From contig JALUTT010000022.1 in assembly GCA_027021705.1 (NCBI GenBank), positions 60 through 64,059 of the forward strand: a stretch of DNA of 64,000 nucleotides, read 5' to 3'. The notes beneath the pieces were generated by a model that searched no databases, was not told where the DNA came from, and worked only from the letters and a program-made list of their open reading frames with translations. A program made the translations under genes and the position numbers. Below are positions 61,114 to 64,000 of this stretch, piece by piece. The stretch's first letter is position 1. Every line of letters begins with the position of its first letter. This stretch comes from Anaerolineae bacterium (GTDB lineage Bacteria > Chloroflexota > Anaerolineae > S140-20).

Positions 61114-61434
61114 AAGACCCTCTTGGCCCTATGACCTCCATCCGCCCCAGGCGGCCCTTTTTCTCCGCCTCCGAACCATCAGCCCCCATTCGCTTGGGAT
61201 TCCCCTTGCTCTCACCTCCGACCCACCAACCCCCATTCGCCCCCGATGACCGCCCCCTCCCCCTCGAACCACCGACCCCCATCCGCCCGCAGACCATCCC
61301 CCGGCGTTTCGCCCCGGCACCTCCCTTCGCCCCCGCTAACCCGCCCTCCTCCTCCCGCTCCAGGGTCACCTTTCGCCCCAAGCCGGACCATCCCGCCCTC
61401 GCTTGCTCTCTCCGCCTATCCCCCACGCCTCCGT
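61114..61434 (-). other. ORF-less (non-coding) gene cassette
   Basis: 321 bp bounded by two attC sites; no credible ORF; G-rich top strand. Confidence 0.75.
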
Positions 61435-61515
61435 TCCTAACGTGCAGCCCAGCGGCTCGCAAGCGAGGGAGCGAAGCGACCGAGTGCAGCGAGTCCGCTG
61501 CAGCCGATGCTAGGC
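61435..61515 (-). other. Integron attC site (81 bp)
   Basis: Minus strand GCCTAGC-ATCGG-CTGCAGCGG...CCGCTGGGCT-GCAC-GTTAGGA; the upstream gene's TAG stop lies in R''. Confidence 0.8.
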
Positions 61516-61998
61516 GATTTCGCCAGCCAACCGTAAGATACGACGACGAATGTCTCCCGATACCCACATACCTGCCTGAACCAGCTTATCTACATAAGGC
61601 GCCACCTCTGAAATCACGCCCTGTTCTTTGAGTTCAAGGAGCACACGAAGCGTTCCCCACACTTGCAATCCGGCAGCCTGGGCTATCCGACGGGCCAGAA
61701 GATCATCCAACAAAATGACCTGTTCCCGGTGTTCAAGGGCCAAAGCCAATGCGGCCAATTCTCCAAGGCCCAAGTCTAGGGCCAGCCACTCTTCAGGCAC
61801 ATAACGCGGGTTCACGCGCTTGATCCACAGGTATCGCTCAATCACTGGCACGTCGTATCCCCGCTGCTGCCCGGCCTCAAGCTCTGCTATCACGGCATCA
61901 GGAACCCATACCTCGGTAAAAAGCCGTGCTAACCACGCCAACCCGCCGATCCGGTACAAATAAAGTAACGGCGAAGTGTTGCTAATCGCGATGTCCAC
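61510..61998 (-). CDS. DUF3368-type PIN-domain protein (toxin-like)
   Basis: AISNTSPLLYL, LDLGLGELAALALA, ILLDD..ARR.A...GL.VWGTL motifs. Confidence 0.88.
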   Translation of the reverse strand: MDIAISNTSPLLYLYRIGGLAWLARLFTEVWVPDAVIAELEAGQQRGYDVPVIERYLWIKRVNPRYVPEEWLALDLGLGELAALALALEHREQVILLDDLLARRIAQAAGLQVWGTLRVLLELKEQGVISEVAPYVDKLVQAGMWVSGDIRRRILRLAGEIA

Positions 61999-62242
61999 GG
62001 GCTGCCTCCAGCTCCTCTAATTCGGCTGCAAGGGGAAACACCCGATAGCGGTGCAGGTTTAAGAGAAACTCCACCCGTGGCACGCCCGCTAGTTCAGCCG
62101 CGCGGCCCGAGGAGAGGCGTCCCATTTCATAGAGCTTTACGGCAGCCAACATGCGCAATTCCCGCGCAAAAGTCTCCGGGTCACTCTTTTCGGCCAAAAG
62201 CACCTTCTCTGGGATGCTCAAGACCACCTTCAATTCACTCAT
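61982..62242 (-). CDS. UPF0175-family antitoxin-like protein
   Basis: LAAVKLYEMGRLSSGRAAELAGV motif; overlaps the DUF3368 gene. Confidence 0.88.
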   Translation of the reverse strand: MSELKVVLSIPEKVLLAEKSDPETFARELRMLAAVKLYEMGRLSSGRAAELAGVPRVEFLLNLHRYRVFPLAAELEELEAARGHRD

Positions 62243-62299
62243 AGCTTGCCGTCCTTGTATGTAACGCTCGAAGGCTTACCTATCAGTATAGCACATACC

Positions 62300-62369
62300 G
62301 CCTAACGGCTCAGCTCAGCCGCCCGCCAGAACGCCAGCGGAGGCGGGTCGGCTGGAGCGGATGTTAGGC
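62300..62369 (-). other. Integron attC site (70 bp)
   Basis: Minus strand GCCTAAC-ATCCG-CTCCAGCCGAC...CGGCTGAGCT-GAGCC-GTTAGGC. Confidence 0.93.
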
Positions 62370-62469
62370 CGCGCCCCCTGTCCCACCACACCAAAATGAC
62401 CGCCTACAGCACAGGATCACAGGATTCGATAGGCACGTGAAATCTCGTAAAGTGAAGCAGCCTGGTATT

Positions 62470-62901
62470 TCACATCCGCTCCGCGCTCTTGTCAACATCG
62501 CTCCCTTCCTTGATGTCTGCCAGAACCTCGTCAAGAGTTCGAACTCGTTTCACCGCAGGGTGATAGAAGAAAACCGATTGATGAGTCTCCTGTCCAAGTA
62601 CGTATACCCGGGGCTTGCCTTTCTCAAGATAAGACATGATAGCTGCTCCTAACTCGACATACTTCGCCCGTCCGTCGGCTGGTTCGGAAAGGAGAACGAA
62701 GACATCACAATCCCTAACCCCATTCATATCTCGAATTGCGATCTCCCGCACACGCTCTGGGTACTTTTCCCTGTCCTTTCCAAAGACACCTGGATGCGCA
62801 GTCCAGTCAACGGTGATTTCATGGCCAAGCTCTCTCAACCGATGGTGAATCCTTCTTACTCTCTCTTTCTCGCCGATAAACGCTGCCACGTAGAATTTCA
62901 C
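62470..62901 (-). CDS. Nucleoside 2-deoxyribosyltransferase-like cassette protein
   Basis: KFYVAA...DMNGVRDCDVFVLL...KYVELGAA pattern; lower GC; GTG start assumed. Confidence 0.7.
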   Translation of the reverse strand: MKFYVAAFIGEKERVRRIHHRLRELGHEITVDWTAHPGVFGKDREKYPERVREIAIRDMNGVRDCDVFVLLSEPADGRAKYVELGAAIMSYLEKGKPRVYVLGQETHQSVFFYHPAVKRVRTLDEVLADIKEGSDVDKSAERM

Positions 62902-63021
62902 TTCGTCCCCCTGACTACAACAGTCGTGTCGCGTGACAGATACAAGCCCTCCCAGCATAGATGTTTGGTGTGAGAACATCAGTCCGTTGTTTCAGAACCA
63001 GTTCTCAATACAAGACGCGCG

Positions 63022-63091
63022 GCCTAACGGCCCAGCTCAGCCGCCCGCCGGAGCGCCAGCGGAAGCGGGTCGGCTGCAGCGGGTGTTGGGC
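63022..63091 (-). other. Integron attC site (70 bp)
   Basis: Minus strand GCCCAAC-ACCCG-CTGCAGCCGAC...CGGCTGAGCT-GGGCC-GTTAGGC. Confidence 0.93.
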
Positions 63092-63103
63092 GGCACTTGG
63101 CTG

Positions 63104-63709
63104 CTACCACCTTTCAAAGAACGCCTCGGTTACGGCCAACTTGCTCAATAGTGTTTGATACTGCTTTGTCAGGTTGGGATGCACAGGGACCCGATGCCCC
63201 TGAAAGTACTCAATCACCCATCTACAATGGAGCAGAGTGGCTTCGTCTATTTGCCTCGCATACACCATGCTCCTGAGCTTCATCACCCCCTTCCATTCTT
63301 GACTGGGAGCCAGTATATCAGCAAACCGAAGACATAGCGATAGTGGGGCATTGAAGTTATGACCGTTACCTGCATACGAATGGGCTGCAATCGCGTCCAG
63401 AATCAAGCGATCGGTGATACCAAGTTCTTTAGAAACGAGATATGCTCCTACCAGCGCGTGTAGATAAACGGGATGCTGTTCACAGGGATCGCACAATTCG
63501 ATTCCAGCTTCTGCCGCTAGCGCCAATTGTTCCTCGTGACTCAGGTCTCTGGCCGCATCGTGGAGTAGGCCAGCAGTCATCGCCTGTACGCGGTCAAGCG
63601 AGTAAATCGGTGACAATTCTGCCATTACCCGCATAACCCCCAGGGAGTGCTGAAGCCTTGGTGGCGTAAGCAGAATTTTCAGGAATGGCAAGTAACGGTC
63701 AATATGCAT
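63104..63709 (-). CDS. HD-domain phosphohydrolase (YqeK-like) cassette protein
   Basis: RLQHSLGV, AGLLHDAAR, LHALVGA, AIAAHS and RFAD motifs; alternative start 63760. Confidence 0.8.
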   Translation of the reverse strand: MHIDRYLPFLKILLTPPRLQHSLGVMRVMAELSPIYSLDRVQAMTAGLLHDAARDLSHEEQLALAAEAGIELCDPCEQHPVYLHALVGAYLVSKELGITDRLILDAIAAHSYAGNGHNFNAPLSLCLRFADILAPSQEWKGVMKLRSMVYARQIDEATLLHCRWVIEYFQGHRVPVHPNLTKQYQTLLSKLAVTEAFFERW

Positions 63710-63765
63710 TTTGTTGCTCAAATGGCCATCTTCTGTATGCCGACCCAAAGCAATGGTCATATGAC

Positions 63766-63892
63766 GCCCAACGACCTGCGGTTGTGCCGCCGTTCCAACC
63801 CTCGGACCCAAGCCCCCCAACGCCCCGAAAACCGATTTGCGGAACGCCAAGCCGTGCCGATTCGAAAGGTCGGCACCAACCGCTTGTTAGTG
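63766..63892 (-). other. Integron attC site (long type, 127 bp)
   Basis: Near-copy of 60985-61113; minus strand CACTAAC...GTTGGGC. Confidence 0.88.
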
Positions 63893-64000
63893 CTGCCCTC
63901 CTTGGCCCCAACACCTCCATTCGCCCCCGGCTCCCCTCGCTCTCACCCTCGAACCACTACCCCCCGCTCGCTTTCGGTTCCTCGTTGCTCTCACTCTTGA
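63893..64000 (-). repeat. ORF-less G-rich cassette-like sequence, copy 3 (cut by the window edge)
   Basis: CTTGGCCCCAACACCTCCATTCGCCCCCGG resembles the 61120-61260 region. Confidence 0.6.

Noticed and set aside
60715-63850. ORFs beginning MAFRKSVF... at 61071 and 63850
   Set aside because: These N-termini are translations through the long attC sequence, not real starts.

Overview
A GC-rich, gene-dense chromosomal window; the gene set suggests Chloroflexota, probably Anaerolineae (inference). From left to right: a hicBA toxin-antitoxin pair; B12/mutase accessory genes (B12-binding subunit, meaB, PduO-type adenosyltransferase); a two-gene pyruvate:ferredoxin oxidoreductase; an XRE-regulated ABC exporter; pdp; plsX, an AccI-family restriction-modification pair, fabF and mutS in one apparent operon; an alternative-complex-III/Qrc-like respiratory operon; a large multiheme cytochrome; two surface proteins; three tRNAs; ilvE...leuS; fhs, malic enzyme, a TrxB-like gene and folD; a tungsten AOR; a two-component system; and the distal end of an integron cassette array (6 attC sites, no integrase in the window). 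Best findings: (1) a complete Leu-specifier T-box riboswitch (40878-41217) whose Stem III encloses an entire tRNA-Ala(GGC) gene, downstream of a second tRNA-Ala; (2) a 156-bp MITE-like element whose three copies each end exactly 11 bp upstream of the -35 box of a sigma70-type promoter driving a redox operon; (3) an attC array with TA cassettes and a repeated family of ORF-less, G-rich cassettes; (4) two further MITE families with target-site duplications that share an internal 14-bp inverted repeat, plus a GTAG-type REP tandem array. All calls were made by eye with no database searches, so family assignments and novelty are unverified.
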